In this document: one piece after another, positions 28,196-37,554 of the stretch
Layout: the number at the start of each line of letters is the position of its first letter
How positions within the stretch are numbered: the first letter of the stretch is position 1
From: Candidatus Mediterraneibacter guildfordensis
Lineage (GTDB): Bacteria; Bacillota; Clostridia; Lachnospirales; Lachnospiraceae
Length of the DNA: 64,000 nt
Reading direction: 5' to 3'
Assembly: GCA_019112735.1 (NCBI GenBank)
Contig: DXIS01000033.1
Location: 18,586 to 82,585, forward strand
Position numbers and translations under genes: made by a program
The notes under the pieces: model-generated
What the model saw: only the letters and a program-made list of their open reading frames with translations
Databases searched by the model: none
What the model was told of the DNA's origin: nothing

Positions 28196-29779
28196 ATGTG
28201 GAAAAGAAAGATCATGAAAAGAAAGGCGATCGCACTGCTCAAACAGAACTACTGGCGCATGATCTCAGTCTGCTTCCTGATCGCCATACTCACGGCGTCA
28301 TACGCCGTTTCCACAACCTTTCTCAATCTGCAGATTCCTTCATCCCCGGAGCCGGCCGAAGCGGTCTTTACCCTGACCGTCCCCAACTCTGACGCCGTGA
28401 TCGGAGCCGTCCGCAACTTTGCAGAGAAGACCCCGCTTCCGGCTCTTTTCAACGGGATCGTCGAGGACGTCATCGCCGTACTGATCGACCTGTTCTCTTC
28501 AACAATTTCCGTTTTTTTCACGCTGCTCCGTACCATAAACACCGCTTTTACCGATGGATTCGGCCTCTCGGTGTTCTTTGCGGCCGTCAGCGTTTTACTG
28601 GCATTTTTATATCAGATCTTCGTCAGCAATATCCTGATCATCGGAGAGCGGCGCTTCTTTCTGGAGAACCGCAGTTACAGGCAGACGCCGGTCTCCAAGA
28701 TCTTCTTCCTGTATAAGCTCCGCAGCGAACGTCATCCGGCATGGGTCATGCTCTGCCGCTCCTTTTTCCAGTTCCTGTGGAATCTTACGGTCATCGGCGG
28801 GATCGCCAAGCACTATGAGTATATCCTGATCCCGTACATACTGGCGGAAAATCCAAAGGTCAGCCGCAAAGACGCTTTCACCCTGTCCCGTCAACTCATG
28901 CGCCGGAATAAATGGAAGTTCTTTCTTCTTGACCTGTCTTTCCTCGGATGGCATTTTCTCTCGCTCTGTACGCTCGGCCTCTTAAGCTATGTATTTGTAC
29001 ACCCCTACGTAGCTGCGTGCCGCGCCGAGATCTATGCAACCCTCCGGAGGAACTATGTTCTCTCCCGCTCACCGGGATATGAATCGCTTAATGATTCCTA
29101 TCTGGAGCATGTTCCTTCCGAGGATGAGCTGCTCATCAGCAAAGCGCTGTATGACGACTCACAGGGTCCGTATACAAAAATCTCATACTTTGATCCGGAA
29201 CAGTATCCGGTCTTCCTTTTCTCGGTGCAGCCGCCCCTTCGCGCCGTCAAAAATCCGGTGAACCCCGCCCGCAGATACGACGGACTTTCCTATCTGTTCC
29301 TGTTTGCGGCATTCTCGATTTTCGGATGGCTCCTGGAGACGCTGCTGCAGCTGATCACCACCGGGATCTGGACGGCGGAGCCTGTCCTGTCCGGTCCGTG
29401 GCTCCCGCTCTACGGCGCCTACGGCGTACTTTCACTCCTGCTGGTCCGCCGGTTCTACAGGAAACCGGTAACCACTTTTGTGCTGAATCTCCTTCTGTAT
29501 TCTGCACTGGAGTACCTTTCATCCGCCGTCATTGAACTGCTCACCGGGATCCGGGTCCATGATTACAGCGACTTCTTCCTGAACCTGAACGGCAGGATTT
29601 ACCTCGGTGGCTCTGTATCGTTCGCGATCATCGGGTGCGCATTCCTGTATTATCTCGCGCCCCGCTGGACAGACCGGTACATGAAGCTCGGGCATTCGCG
29701 CAGGATCATCGTATGCGCCGTCCTGTATGCGCTGTTCGCCGCCGACGTCATATATTCATTTCGGTTGATTTTTCTCTGA
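28196..29779 (+). CDS. DUF975 membrane protein fused to a putative ABC-permease (DUF1113-like) domain
   Basis: PYILAENP..SRQLM..NKWKFFLLDLSFLGW, then SIFGWLLE..GPWLPLYG..DYS...NLNGRI. Confidence 0.75.
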   Translation: MWKRKIMKRKAIALLKQNYWRMISVCFLIAILTASYAVSTTFLNLQIPSSPEPAEAVFTLTVPNSDAVIGAVRNFAEKTPLPALFNGIVEDVIAVLIDLFSSTISVFFTLLRTINTAFTDGFGLSVFFAAVSVLLAFLYQIFVSNILIIGERRFFLENRSYRQTPVSKIFFLYKLRSERHPAWVMLCRSFFQFLWNLTVIGGIAKHYEYILIPYILAENPKVSRKDAFTLSRQLMRRNKWKFFLLDLSFLGWHFLSLCTLGLLSYVFVHPYVAACRAEIYATLRRNYVLSRSPGYESLNDSYLEHVPSEDELLISKALYDDSQGPYTKISYFDPEQYPVFLFSVQPPLRAVKNPVNPARRYDGLSYLFLFAAFSIFGWLLETLLQLITTGIWTAEPVLSGPWLPLYGAYGVLSLLLVRRFYRKPVTTFVLNLLLYSALEYLSSAVIELLTGIRVHDYSDFFLNLNGRIYLGGSVSFAIIGCAFLYYLAPRWTDRYMKLGHSRRIIVCAVLYALFAADVIYSFRLIFL

Positions 29780-29870
29780 AATGATAGTAAACTTTCTATA
29801 AATGATCCGTCGTAATTGAGATTGGAAAATATAGAACAGCTGCCTCTTCGGCAGCGGAATGGAGACAGTT

Positions 29871-30800
29871 ATGAAAAAAAGAGTTGTATTAGCATTAGGA
29901 CACCGCGCTCTCGGGACCACGCTTCCCGAGCAGAAGGCAGCGATCAGCCACACGGCAAAATGCATCGCCGACCTCATCGAAGAAGGCTACCAGGTCGCGA
30001 TCACACACAGCAACGCGCCCCAGGTCGGCATGATCCATACGGCCATGAACGAATTCGCCAAAGCACATCCGGAATACACGGCATGCCCCATGTCCGTATG
30101 CTCCGCCATGAGCCAGGGCTATATCGGATACGACCTGCAGAACGGCATCCGTGAAGAGCTCCTGAACCGGGGGATCTACCGCACGGTCAGCACGATCCTG
30201 ACCCAGGTGATCGTCGATACCTATGACGAGGCATTCTATACGCCCACCAAAGTTCTGGGCCGTTATATGAACGCACAGGAGGCCAATGAAGAACGCCGAA
30301 AAGGAAACTACGTGATCGAAGAAGCCGGAAAAGGCTTCCGCCGTGTAGTCGCAGCGCCGAACCCGGTAAAGATCGTCGAACTGGATGCCGTCAATGCACT
30401 CCTTGATGCGGATCAGGTCGTGATCGCCGCAGGCGGCGGCGGGATCCCGGTCATGGAACAGGACAACCACTTAAAGGGCGCCAGCGCCGTTATTGAAAAA
30501 GACCTTGCCGCCGGCAAACTGGCGGAAGGCATCAACGCTGACATGCTCATCATCCTTACCAATGTAGAGCAGGTTTCCATCAATATGGGACAGCCGGACG
30601 AGGAACGCCTCGGGGAGATCAGCGTAGAACAGGCCAAAAAATACATGGATGAAGGACATTTCGGTGTCTACAACATGTATCCCAAGTTCCGGGCTGCCGT
30701 TGAGTTTATCGAAAAAGGCGAAGGACGTTCCGCCTGCATCACATCCTTTGATAAAGTAAAAGATGCACTGCGGGGCAGGACCGGCACTATAATTAAATAA
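29871..30800 (+). CDS. arcC: Carbamate kinase-like protein (divergent active site)
   Basis: SQGYIGY, GFRRVVAAPNP, AGGGGIPV identify the family; catalytic motifs altered. Confidence 0.8.
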   Translation: MKKRVVLALGHRALGTTLPEQKAAISHTAKCIADLIEEGYQVAITHSNAPQVGMIHTAMNEFAKAHPEYTACPMSVCSAMSQGYIGYDLQNGIREELLNRGIYRTVSTILTQVIVDTYDEAFYTPTKVLGRYMNAQEANEERRKGNYVIEEAGKGFRRVVAAPNPVKIVELDAVNALLDADQVVIAAGGGGIPVMEQDNHLKGASAVIEKDLAAGKLAEGINADMLIILTNVEQVSINMGQPDEERLGEISVEQAKKYMDEGHFGVYNMYPKFRAAVEFIEKGEGRSACITSFDKVKDALRGRTGTIIK

Positions 30801-30810
30801 AATAAGTCAC

Positions 30811-30839
30811 AAAAACCGGGGAAACCCGGTTTTTATTTT
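30811..30839 (+). terminator. Intrinsic terminator
   Basis: AAAAACCGGG-GAAA-CCCGGTTTTT. Confidence 0.85.
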
Positions 30840-30955
30840 GTGTAAATTTGTAATTGATTTTTATGAATCCCTGATGTAATATATGCATATACTGTATGTA
30901 GTTTTTAAAACCATATATCGGTTTTTAAATATTTTATCGTATGGAGGTGCATATT

Positions 30956-31678
30956 ATGGCAAACATCGGAACTATGAAAGCGGCAGTCCAGATGGACGCG
31001 CCCGTCAGCATCCATAAACCGTCAGGGAAATTCCGGATAAAAGATCCCGGAAGTGCGATCACACATTTTATCGGCATGGTCATGGCGGCCATCGCATCCG
31101 TCCCGCTGTTGATCAAAGCTGCGCATCAGCCGGACAGCGTATATATCATCGCAATGTCCGTCTATGCCGCCAGCCTGATCTTACTGTACGCGGCAAGTAC
31201 AACTTATCATACATTTGACATATCCGAGCGGGTCAACAAACTGCTCAAGAAGATCGATCATATGATGATCTCCATCCTGATCGCAGGAAGCTACACCCCG
31301 GTATGCCTGATCGCACTTAAGGGACGGCTCGGCATCATACTGCTCTCCATCGTGTGGGGCATCGCCATCGCCGGCATCCTGATCAAGGCCTTCTGGATCT
31401 TCTGCCCGAAATGGGTATCTTCCGTACTTTACATCGGCATGGGCTGGACCTGTGTGCTGGCGTTCACCCAGCTGCTCAGCAATCTTGCCCCGGCCGCTTT
31501 CGGATGGCTCCTTGCAGGCGGGATCATCTACACCATCGGCGGCGTGATCTATGCGCTGAAGCTGCCTCTGTTCAACAGCAGACATCAGAACTTCGGCAGC
31601 CATGAGATCTTCCATCTGTTCGTCATGGCCGGAAGCGCCTGCCACTTCATCGTCATGTATGGATATCTTCTTCCATAG
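30956..31678 (+). CDS. Hemolysin III / PAQR family membrane protein (TrhA-like)
   Basis: ASTTYH, KIDH..I..LIAGSYTP, YIGMGW, HEIFHLFV. Confidence 0.92.
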   Translation: MANIGTMKAAVQMDAPVSIHKPSGKFRIKDPGSAITHFIGMVMAAIASVPLLIKAAHQPDSVYIIAMSVYAASLILLYAASTTYHTFDISERVNKLLKKIDHMMISILIAGSYTPVCLIALKGRLGIILLSIVWGIAIAGILIKAFWIFCPKWVSSVLYIGMGWTCVLAFTQLLSNLAPAAFGWLLAGGIIYTIGGVIYALKLPLFNSRHQNFGSHEIFHLFVMAGSACHFIVMYGYLLP

Positions 31679-31717
31679 AGAAGATGCCTGGACACGGCTT
31701 CGTTTTACATCTGTCAA

Positions 31718-31769
31718 AAATGCCGGCAGCCCGGATGCATTAACTGCATTCCGGACTGCCGGCACATTT
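31718..31769. terminator. Hairpin between convergent genes
   Basis: TGCCGGCAG-CCGGATGCA...TGCATTCCGG-CTGCCGGCA. Confidence 0.6.
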
Positions 31770-31782
31770 ATGTAATAATAAA

Positions 31783-33201
31783 CTATCTTGTTACAATGTC
31801 CACAGGCACATTGAAGATCTTCGCCACTTTGAGGATGGTATCGATATGTCTTCCTGTCGCTGCCGCAAAGTGGTGGGTCGGTCCGCACTCACTCCAGCGG
31901 TTGACGAATTCTCTTGCACCGCACGTGAAGCGTGTCCGCATGTTTGTATCGCCGAAGGAAAGGATCGGTCCCTCTTCGTTCACGCCTTCAGCCACGATGA
32001 ACTTGAAGTGTCCGTCTCCGTCCTGTGTGATCGCAAGGTATGTAACCGGGCCGGTGTACGGATAGAACTGTGTCAGGTATCCGCCGCCTGTCTTGCCGTG
32101 GAATACTTTCACGATCTTCATGGTCGGTTTCTTATCGGAAATATCCGCATCGCCGGATCCGCTGTGGCCGATGATCGCGATATCATCGTTAAAGTCGATG
32201 GAGTACATCTCAGCCAGCTGGCCTGTGCCGGAGATGGTCTTCAGGATGCTCATTGCCATGGCTACCTTCATATCTCCTTCGACCGCACACGCCGTTCCCT
32301 GTTTGATCAGCATGGAGAACGCCGGGATCAGCATGCTGTCGAGGACGCCTGCCTTGCCCTGCGCGAATCCGTCATAGTGGGATGCGATGAGGCCGAGCTT
32401 CTCGTCTTTGACCCATTTCTCGAATGCAACGACATATTTTGCCATCTCCCATACTTCTTCGATGCTTCCGCCGCCTTCGATGTCAAATGTGTCGAGGATG
32501 TCCTGGGCTTTCGCACGGATCGCGTCCTCATCTGTAATGTCATCTGCGATCGCCCACATTTTCTCCCAGTCAAACTGTTTTGTATAGAGGTGCATCCTTC
32601 TGTACAGGTTGGACTCGTCGATATAGAGGTCCATCATACCCGGATACGGTCTTCCGATCTGAGCGATGTTTGTATCGCGGAATCTTCTTCTGACCTGGGC
32701 TGCACGGCACCAGTCCTCGATCTCTTTCTGAACGCCCGGGTCTCCGCCTTCTACGACGCCTGTGATCACGGCATGTCTCTTGCCGTAGCGCTCAAGGTCT
32801 GCCACCATCTCACCTACAGCGCCGCATGCATAGCCTTCGCCCAGCCAGGACGCGATGTCTGTGTGGTCATAATCAAGTGCTTTTAACTTCTGCACATTTA
32901 CAAGGACAACCGGCACATCCAGGTCCTTTACAGCCGGCAGCATGTTGTAGGATGTTGCGTATGTAAGGAGCTGCATGATCACCAGGTCAACGTCCGCTGC
33001 GCGGAACTTGTCGCCCGCTTCCTGGGACTGCTCTTTTGTCGTCACCATGCCGCCGTCGATGATCTCGACCGTGTCCGGGATCGTCTTCTTGAACGCCTCA
33101 TACTGAGCCTCGAACTCCGGCACCAGTGACGGGAACTGGGGCAGATATGCGCCCAGCGCGATGGAAAATACGCCTACTCTTGCTTTTGTGTCAACTAACA
33201 T
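31783..33201 (-). CDS. L-fucose/L-arabinose isomerase-fold sugar isomerase
   Basis: ACAVEGD metal motif, GHSG, C-terminal GPTHHFA; follows a sugar kinase. Confidence 0.8.
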   Translation of the reverse strand: MLVDTKARVGVFSIALGAYLPQFPSLVPEFEAQYEAFKKTIPDTVEIIDGGMVTTKEQSQEAGDKFRAADVDLVIMQLLTYATSYNMLPAVKDLDVPVVLVNVQKLKALDYDHTDIASWLGEGYACGAVGEMVADLERYGKRHAVITGVVEGGDPGVQKEIEDWCRAAQVRRRFRDTNIAQIGRPYPGMMDLYIDESNLYRRMHLYTKQFDWEKMWAIADDITDEDAIRAKAQDILDTFDIEGGGSIEEVWEMAKYVVAFEKWVKDEKLGLIASHYDGFAQGKAGVLDSMLIPAFSMLIKQGTACAVEGDMKVAMAMSILKTISGTGQLAEMYSIDFNDDIAIIGHSGSGDADISDKKPTMKIVKVFHGKTGGGYLTQFYPYTGPVTYLAITQDGDGHFKFIVAEGVNEEGPILSFGDTNMRTRFTCGAREFVNRWSECGPTHHFAAATGRHIDTILKVAKIFNVPVDIVTR

Positions 33202-33238
33202 TGGTATACCTCCTGTTATGTATAAATGATTTCTATTT

Positions 33239-34636
33239 TTACTCGTACATTTTCACGTCAAATGACTCTTTCACGCATGTCCTTGCCTCCGGGAGGCTTG
33301 CGAACACACCGTCATGGAGCATCTGAACGATGATGTTTCCGATGGCTGTAGCCTCGGACGGGCCGGCGGAAACTTTTCTTCCTGTATATTTTGCCGTCAG
33401 TTCATTCAGATATCCGGCATTGGAGCCGCCGCCCACCACATAAATGGTGCTGTATTTTTTACCGGTGATGGCTTCGATCTCTTCCACTGTATCGCCGTAG
33501 CATTTTGCAAGGCTGTTGTAGATGACCGATGAGATCTCGCCCACCGTCTCCGGAACCGGCTGATCCGTGTCGCGGCAGAACTTCTGCACCGCTTCGATCA
33601 TACTCTCCGGAGCCAGGAAGCAGTCGTCATTGCAGTCCACGATGGACGGGATGGTCTCCTTTGACGCCATCTCACAGATCTCGGCAAAGGACAGGTCTTC
33701 CGTGAACTCTTTCTTCACGGACTGGATCATCCACAGGCCCATGATATTCTTCAGATAGCGGAACCGGTGGTCATATCCGCCCTCGTTCGTGAAGTTTGCT
33801 TTCATGCTCTCCATGGAGCAGTCCGCCTCTTTGCGCTCGATCCCCATCAGCGACCATGTACCGGAACTGATGTATACAGCGTCATCATCATTGGTCGGAA
33901 CTGCGAGCACCGCGCTTCCTGTGTCATGCGTGGCCGGCAGGACAACCGTACAGTTGAAGCCCACTTCCTTCTGTACATCCTCCGTAAAATCACCGACTAC
34001 GGTTCCCGGCATGGATACCGGACGGAACATCTTAGAGTTATATCCCAGCATATCGATCAGCTCGTAATCCCAGTCATTGGTCTTCGGACTGATCAGCTGC
34101 CCGGTCGTAGCCTCTGTATACTCGTTCATCTTCACGCCTGTGAGCAGGAAGTTGAAGTAATCCGGGATCATCAGGATCGTCTCCGCCTGTTCCAGATATT
34201 CCGGATGGGACTCTTTCACAGACATGAGCTGATAGATCGTATTGAAGATCTGCTTCTGGATGCCGGTCCTCGCATACAGATCATCCTGCGGGATCACTTC
34301 ATAGACTTTCTCATCCATCCCCTCTGTGCGGCTGTCACGGTATCCGACAGTATCGCCCAGGATATTGTCATCCTTATCGAGCAGCACGTAATCCACGCCC
34401 CAGGTATCGATTCCCATAGATACCGGGATCTTGCCGATCTCTTTACACTTCTTCAGTCCGTTTTTGATCTCGGTGATCAGGCGGTCCACATCCCAGCAAA
34501 GTGTTCCGTTCTTATTGTCCATTCCGTTCGGGAAACGGTACACTTCCTCGAGCTGCATCTTTCCGTCCTTCATGCTGGCGAGCATGTGGCGTCCGCTGGA
34601 TGCGCCGATATCAACAGCCAGATAATATTTCTCCAT
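33239..34636 (-). CDS. rhaB: Rhamnulokinase-family (FGGY) kinase
   Basis: AVDIGASSGR, GIDTWGVDY, YRDSRT, HDTGSA, SSGTWSLMG, NFTNEGG, KNIMGLW, EATAIGN. Confidence 0.85.
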   Translation of the reverse strand: MEKYYLAVDIGASSGRHMLASMKDGKMQLEEVYRFPNGMDNKNGTLCWDVDRLITEIKNGLKKCKEIGKIPVSMGIDTWGVDYVLLDKDDNILGDTVGYRDSRTEGMDEKVYEVIPQDDLYARTGIQKQIFNTIYQLMSVKESHPEYLEQAETILMIPDYFNFLLTGVKMNEYTEATTGQLISPKTNDWDYELIDMLGYNSKMFRPVSMPGTVVGDFTEDVQKEVGFNCTVVLPATHDTGSAVLAVPTNDDDAVYISSGTWSLMGIERKEADCSMESMKANFTNEGGYDHRFRYLKNIMGLWMIQSVKKEFTEDLSFAEICEMASKETIPSIVDCNDDCFLAPESMIEAVQKFCRDTDQPVPETVGEISSVIYNSLAKCYGDTVEEIEAITGKKYSTIYVVGGGSNAGYLNELTAKYTGRKVSAGPSEATAIGNIIVQMLHDGVFASLPEARTCVKESFDVKMYE

Positions 34637-34693
34637 CTGTAAGTGCCTCCTTCTCTTATTTTCTATAATCCATTATAATTAGTAAAAATGCGC

Positions 34694-34729
34694 AAAAAAA
34701 GGACGCTATTTATTTAAAATAGCGTCCTT
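34694..34729 (-). terminator. Terminator after kduD
   Basis: AAGGACGCTATTT-N5-AAATAGCGTCCTT with T-tail on the minus strand. Confidence 0.7.
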
Positions 34730-34806
34730 ATTTGCATCATAATTATGTTTTAGGGTTCTTTTTTGCAATTTATACAAAATCCTTTATGTCATTTTGTACA
34801 AATTGC

Positions 34807-35598
34807 TTACGGCTGCCTACCGATATAGGCAAGGATGCCGCCGTCTACATAAAGGATATGTCCGTTTACGAAATTTGAAGCGTCAGAAGCAAGGAATACT
34901 GCCGGTCCCTGAAGGTCTTCCGGGTTGCCCCATCTTGCAGCCGGTGTCTTGGACACGATGAACTGGTCGAACGGATGTCTGCTTCCGTCAGCCTGACGCT
35001 CACGCAGCGGAGCTGTCTGCGGTGTAGCGATGTATCCGGGTCCGATGCCGTTGCACTGAATGTTGTACTCTCCGTACTCGGAGCAGATGTTTCTTGTAAG
35101 CATCTTCAGTCCGCCTTTGGCTGCCGCGTATGCGGATACAGTCTCGCGTCCGAGCTCGCTCATCATGGAGCAGATGTTGATGATCTTGCCGTGTCCCTTT
35201 TCGATCATTCCCGGGATAACCGCTTTGGAAACGATGAACGGTGCGTTCAGGTCTACATCGATGACTCTGCGGAATTCATCCGCCTCCATCTCAAGCATCG
35301 GTTTTCTCATAATGATGCCGGCATTGTTTACAAGGATGTCGATCATGCCGACTTCTCTGTTTATCTTCTCCACAAGTTCCTTCACCTGTGCTTCGTCCGT
35401 CACATCACATACATAGCCGTGTACGTCAAGTCCTTTCTCTCTGTATGCTTTCAGCCCTTTTTCCACGCTTTCCGGATGAACTCCGTTAAAGCATACTTTC
35501 GCCCCGGCCTCAGCATAAGCTGACGCGATCGCGAATCCGATCCCGTATGATCCGCCGGTTACAAGTGCAACTTTGCCTTCCAGTGAAAAATTAACCAT
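34807..35598 (-). CDS. kduD: 2-deoxy-D-gluconate 3-dehydrogenase / gluconate 5-dehydrogenase-type SDR
   Basis: TGGSYGIG, NNAG, SMMSELGRETVSAYAAAKGG; directly downstream of kduI. Confidence 0.85.
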   Translation of the reverse strand: MVNFSLEGKVALVTGGSYGIGFAIASAYAEAGAKVCFNGVHPESVEKGLKAYREKGLDVHGYVCDVTDEAQVKELVEKINREVGMIDILVNNAGIIMRKPMLEMEADEFRRVIDVDLNAPFIVSKAVIPGMIEKGHGKIINICSMMSELGRETVSAYAAAKGGLKMLTRNICSEYGEYNIQCNGIGPGYIATPQTAPLRERQADGSRHPFDQFIVSKTPAARWGNPEDLQGPAVFLASDASNFVNGHILYVDGGILAYIGRQP

Positions 35599-35643
35599 CT
35601 CTGTCCTCTCCTTATCTTTCCGGTCCGGTTTCTGTCCGTCCCG

Positions 35644-36507
35644 CTATCTCAGATCCTTATTGTCTATGTTGTCCATGTCGCCGTAGTCCTGGTTCTCGCC
35701 GCACATTCCCCAGATGAATGTATAAGCTTTGGAACCGCTTCCTGCGTGGATCGACCAGCTCGGGGAGATGACCGCCTCTTCATTGTGCATGATGATGTGT
35801 CTTGTCTCCTGCGGCTCGCCCATGTAGTGGACAACGAAGGAATCTTCATCCATATCAAAGTACAGATAAACTTCCATTCTTCTGTCGTGTGTGTGTGCCG
35901 GCATGGTGTTCCATACGCTTCCCGGAAGAAGTTTTGTCAGTCCCATCGCCAGCTGACAGCTCTGGACCTGTCCGGTTACGATGTACTTGTTGATCACTCT
36001 GTGGTTGGAATCTTCCAGTGTTCCCATCTCTACCTTATTCTCATCTTTTACGATGACAACGCCTTCCTCCGGCTCGCCCTCAAGCTTGATGTGCACGGTC
36101 GGGTACTCTGTGTGGGCCGGGCAGCTGTTCAGATAGAATTTTGCCGGGTTGGAAGCGTCTTTGCTCTCGAAGGAAATGTCCTTTGATCCGCGGCCGATGT
36201 ACATACCGTCGCGCGCCTTGATCTCATACACGCGTCCGTCTACTGTTACGACGCCGTCTCCGCCGATGTTGATCAGTCCCATCTCTCTTCTCTGAAGGAA
36301 ATATTCCGCTCTCAGCTCGTCTCCTGCCGTAAGCTCCAGTTTCTCGTTCACCGGAACAGCCGCGCCTGTGATGATGCGGTCGATGTGGCTGTACACGAGA
36401 TTGATCTTGTCTGCCTGGAACAGGTTCTGGATCAGGAACTCCTCTCTCAGTCTGTCCGTTGTATAATGCTTCACGTCTTTCGGTGAAGCGGCTGTTCTTA
36501 CTTCCAT
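35644..36507 (-). CDS. kduI: 5-dehydro-4-deoxy-D-glucuronate isomerase
   Basis: LREEFL, YSHIDR, RREMG, WNTMPAHTHDRRMEVYLYF, SPSWSIH, MCGENQ. Confidence 0.96.
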   Translation of the reverse strand: MEVRTAASPKDVKHYTTDRLREEFLIQNLFQADKINLVYSHIDRIITGAAVPVNEKLELTAGDELRAEYFLQRREMGLINIGGDGVVTVDGRVYEIKARDGMYIGRGSKDISFESKDASNPAKFYLNSCPAHTEYPTVHIKLEGEPEEGVVIVKDENKVEMGTLEDSNHRVINKYIVTGQVQSCQLAMGLTKLLPGSVWNTMPAHTHDRRMEVYLYFDMDEDSFVVHYMGEPQETRHIIMHNEEAVISPSWSIHAGSGSKAYTFIWGMCGENQDYGDMDNIDNKDLR

Positions 36508-36682
36508 GATGTTTCTCCTTTCAGTTTTGTGTCCTGTTTTTTTGTTCTGAACATAGTATATCATTCGTTTTATTCCATGTCCTGTGTATTTTTGATATGA
36601 ATGTTGCAAATTTTGAACAGGTTGAATATAATATATGAAAAATGTGAACTGCATTGCCAGATCACATCCGGAGGTGAGTATT

Positions 36683-37552
36683 TTGAAGGCATCCGCATCC
36701 TGCAAAGAATCCATGCGAAACTGCATGGAGAACCACTCTTTTGCATTTACACATCTGTATAACGACGAAAAAGCCATGGACATGCATATCCATGACTGTT
36801 ATGAGATCTACTATTCTATATCCGGCGGAAAGCAGTTTCTTATCGATAACTGCTTCTATGACATCCGGCCGGGGGATCTTTTCCTGATCAATCAGTACGA
36901 AAGCCATTATCTCTCCCAGATTGACCGGGAGAAGCACGAACGGATCATCGTATCCATTGATCCGGAATATTTAAAACAGGTTTCAACAGCCAATACGGAT
37001 CTTGACCGCTGTTTCCATTTCCGCGGGACCGAGTTCCCCCACCGCCTGCACCTGTCGCCGGAAGAACAGAGGCGGTTCCTCTATTATATCCACCGTTTCC
37101 CGGACAACGCCGGTCCCGGCGAGGATATCCTGGACAGGGCTGTATTTCTGGAACTGATGGTATTCCTGAACCGGGCATTTGACCGGAGATGCGCAAGCGC
37201 CGCCTCCGCACAGGAGGACAACAGCACCGTCGCCAACCATGAACAGGTGGATGAGATCCTTTCCTATATTAACAGCAACATCCAGAACGATCTCTCCCTC
37301 GACACCCTGTCCGCCCACTTTTATCTGAGCAGTTCCTATATCTGCCGGATCTTCAAGGCAGCGACAGGTACGACGATCAATAAATACATCACGGCAAAGC
37401 GGATCACCCTGTCAAAATCCCTTCTCAGCCAGGGCTGTTCTGTAAATGAAGTGTGCGAGGCATGCGGCTTTAATGATTACAGCAATTTCCTCAAGGCATT
37501 TTCCAAAGCCGTCGGGGTCACCCCGAAAAAATATGCACAGTTCAATTCATAA
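36683..37552 (+). CDS. AraC family regulator (cupin plus HTH)
   Basis: HIHDCYEI cupin, CGFNDYSNF HTH; TTG start after GGAGGTG; promoter TTGCAA(36604)-N17-TATAAT(36627). Confidence 0.9.
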   Translation: MKASASCKESMRNCMENHSFAFTHLYNDEKAMDMHIHDCYEIYYSISGGKQFLIDNCFYDIRPGDLFLINQYESHYLSQIDREKHERIIVSIDPEYLKQVSTANTDLDRCFHFRGTEFPHRLHLSPEEQRRFLYYIHRFPDNAGPGEDILDRAVFLELMVFLNRAFDRRCASAASAQEDNSTVANHEQVDEILSYINSNIQNDLSLDTLSAHFYLSSSYICRIFKAATGTTINKYITAKRITLSKSLLSQGCSVNEVCEACGFNDYSNFLKAFSKAVGVTPKKYAQFNS

Positions 37553-37554
37553 TG

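Noticed and set aside
35644-36783. Long N-terminal extensions in the ORF track for kduI, pfkB, nrdR, ylmC, mntP, MATE and AraC
   Set aside because: Downstream starts with clear RBS and promoters match the family N-termini; the extensions are ORF-caller artefacts
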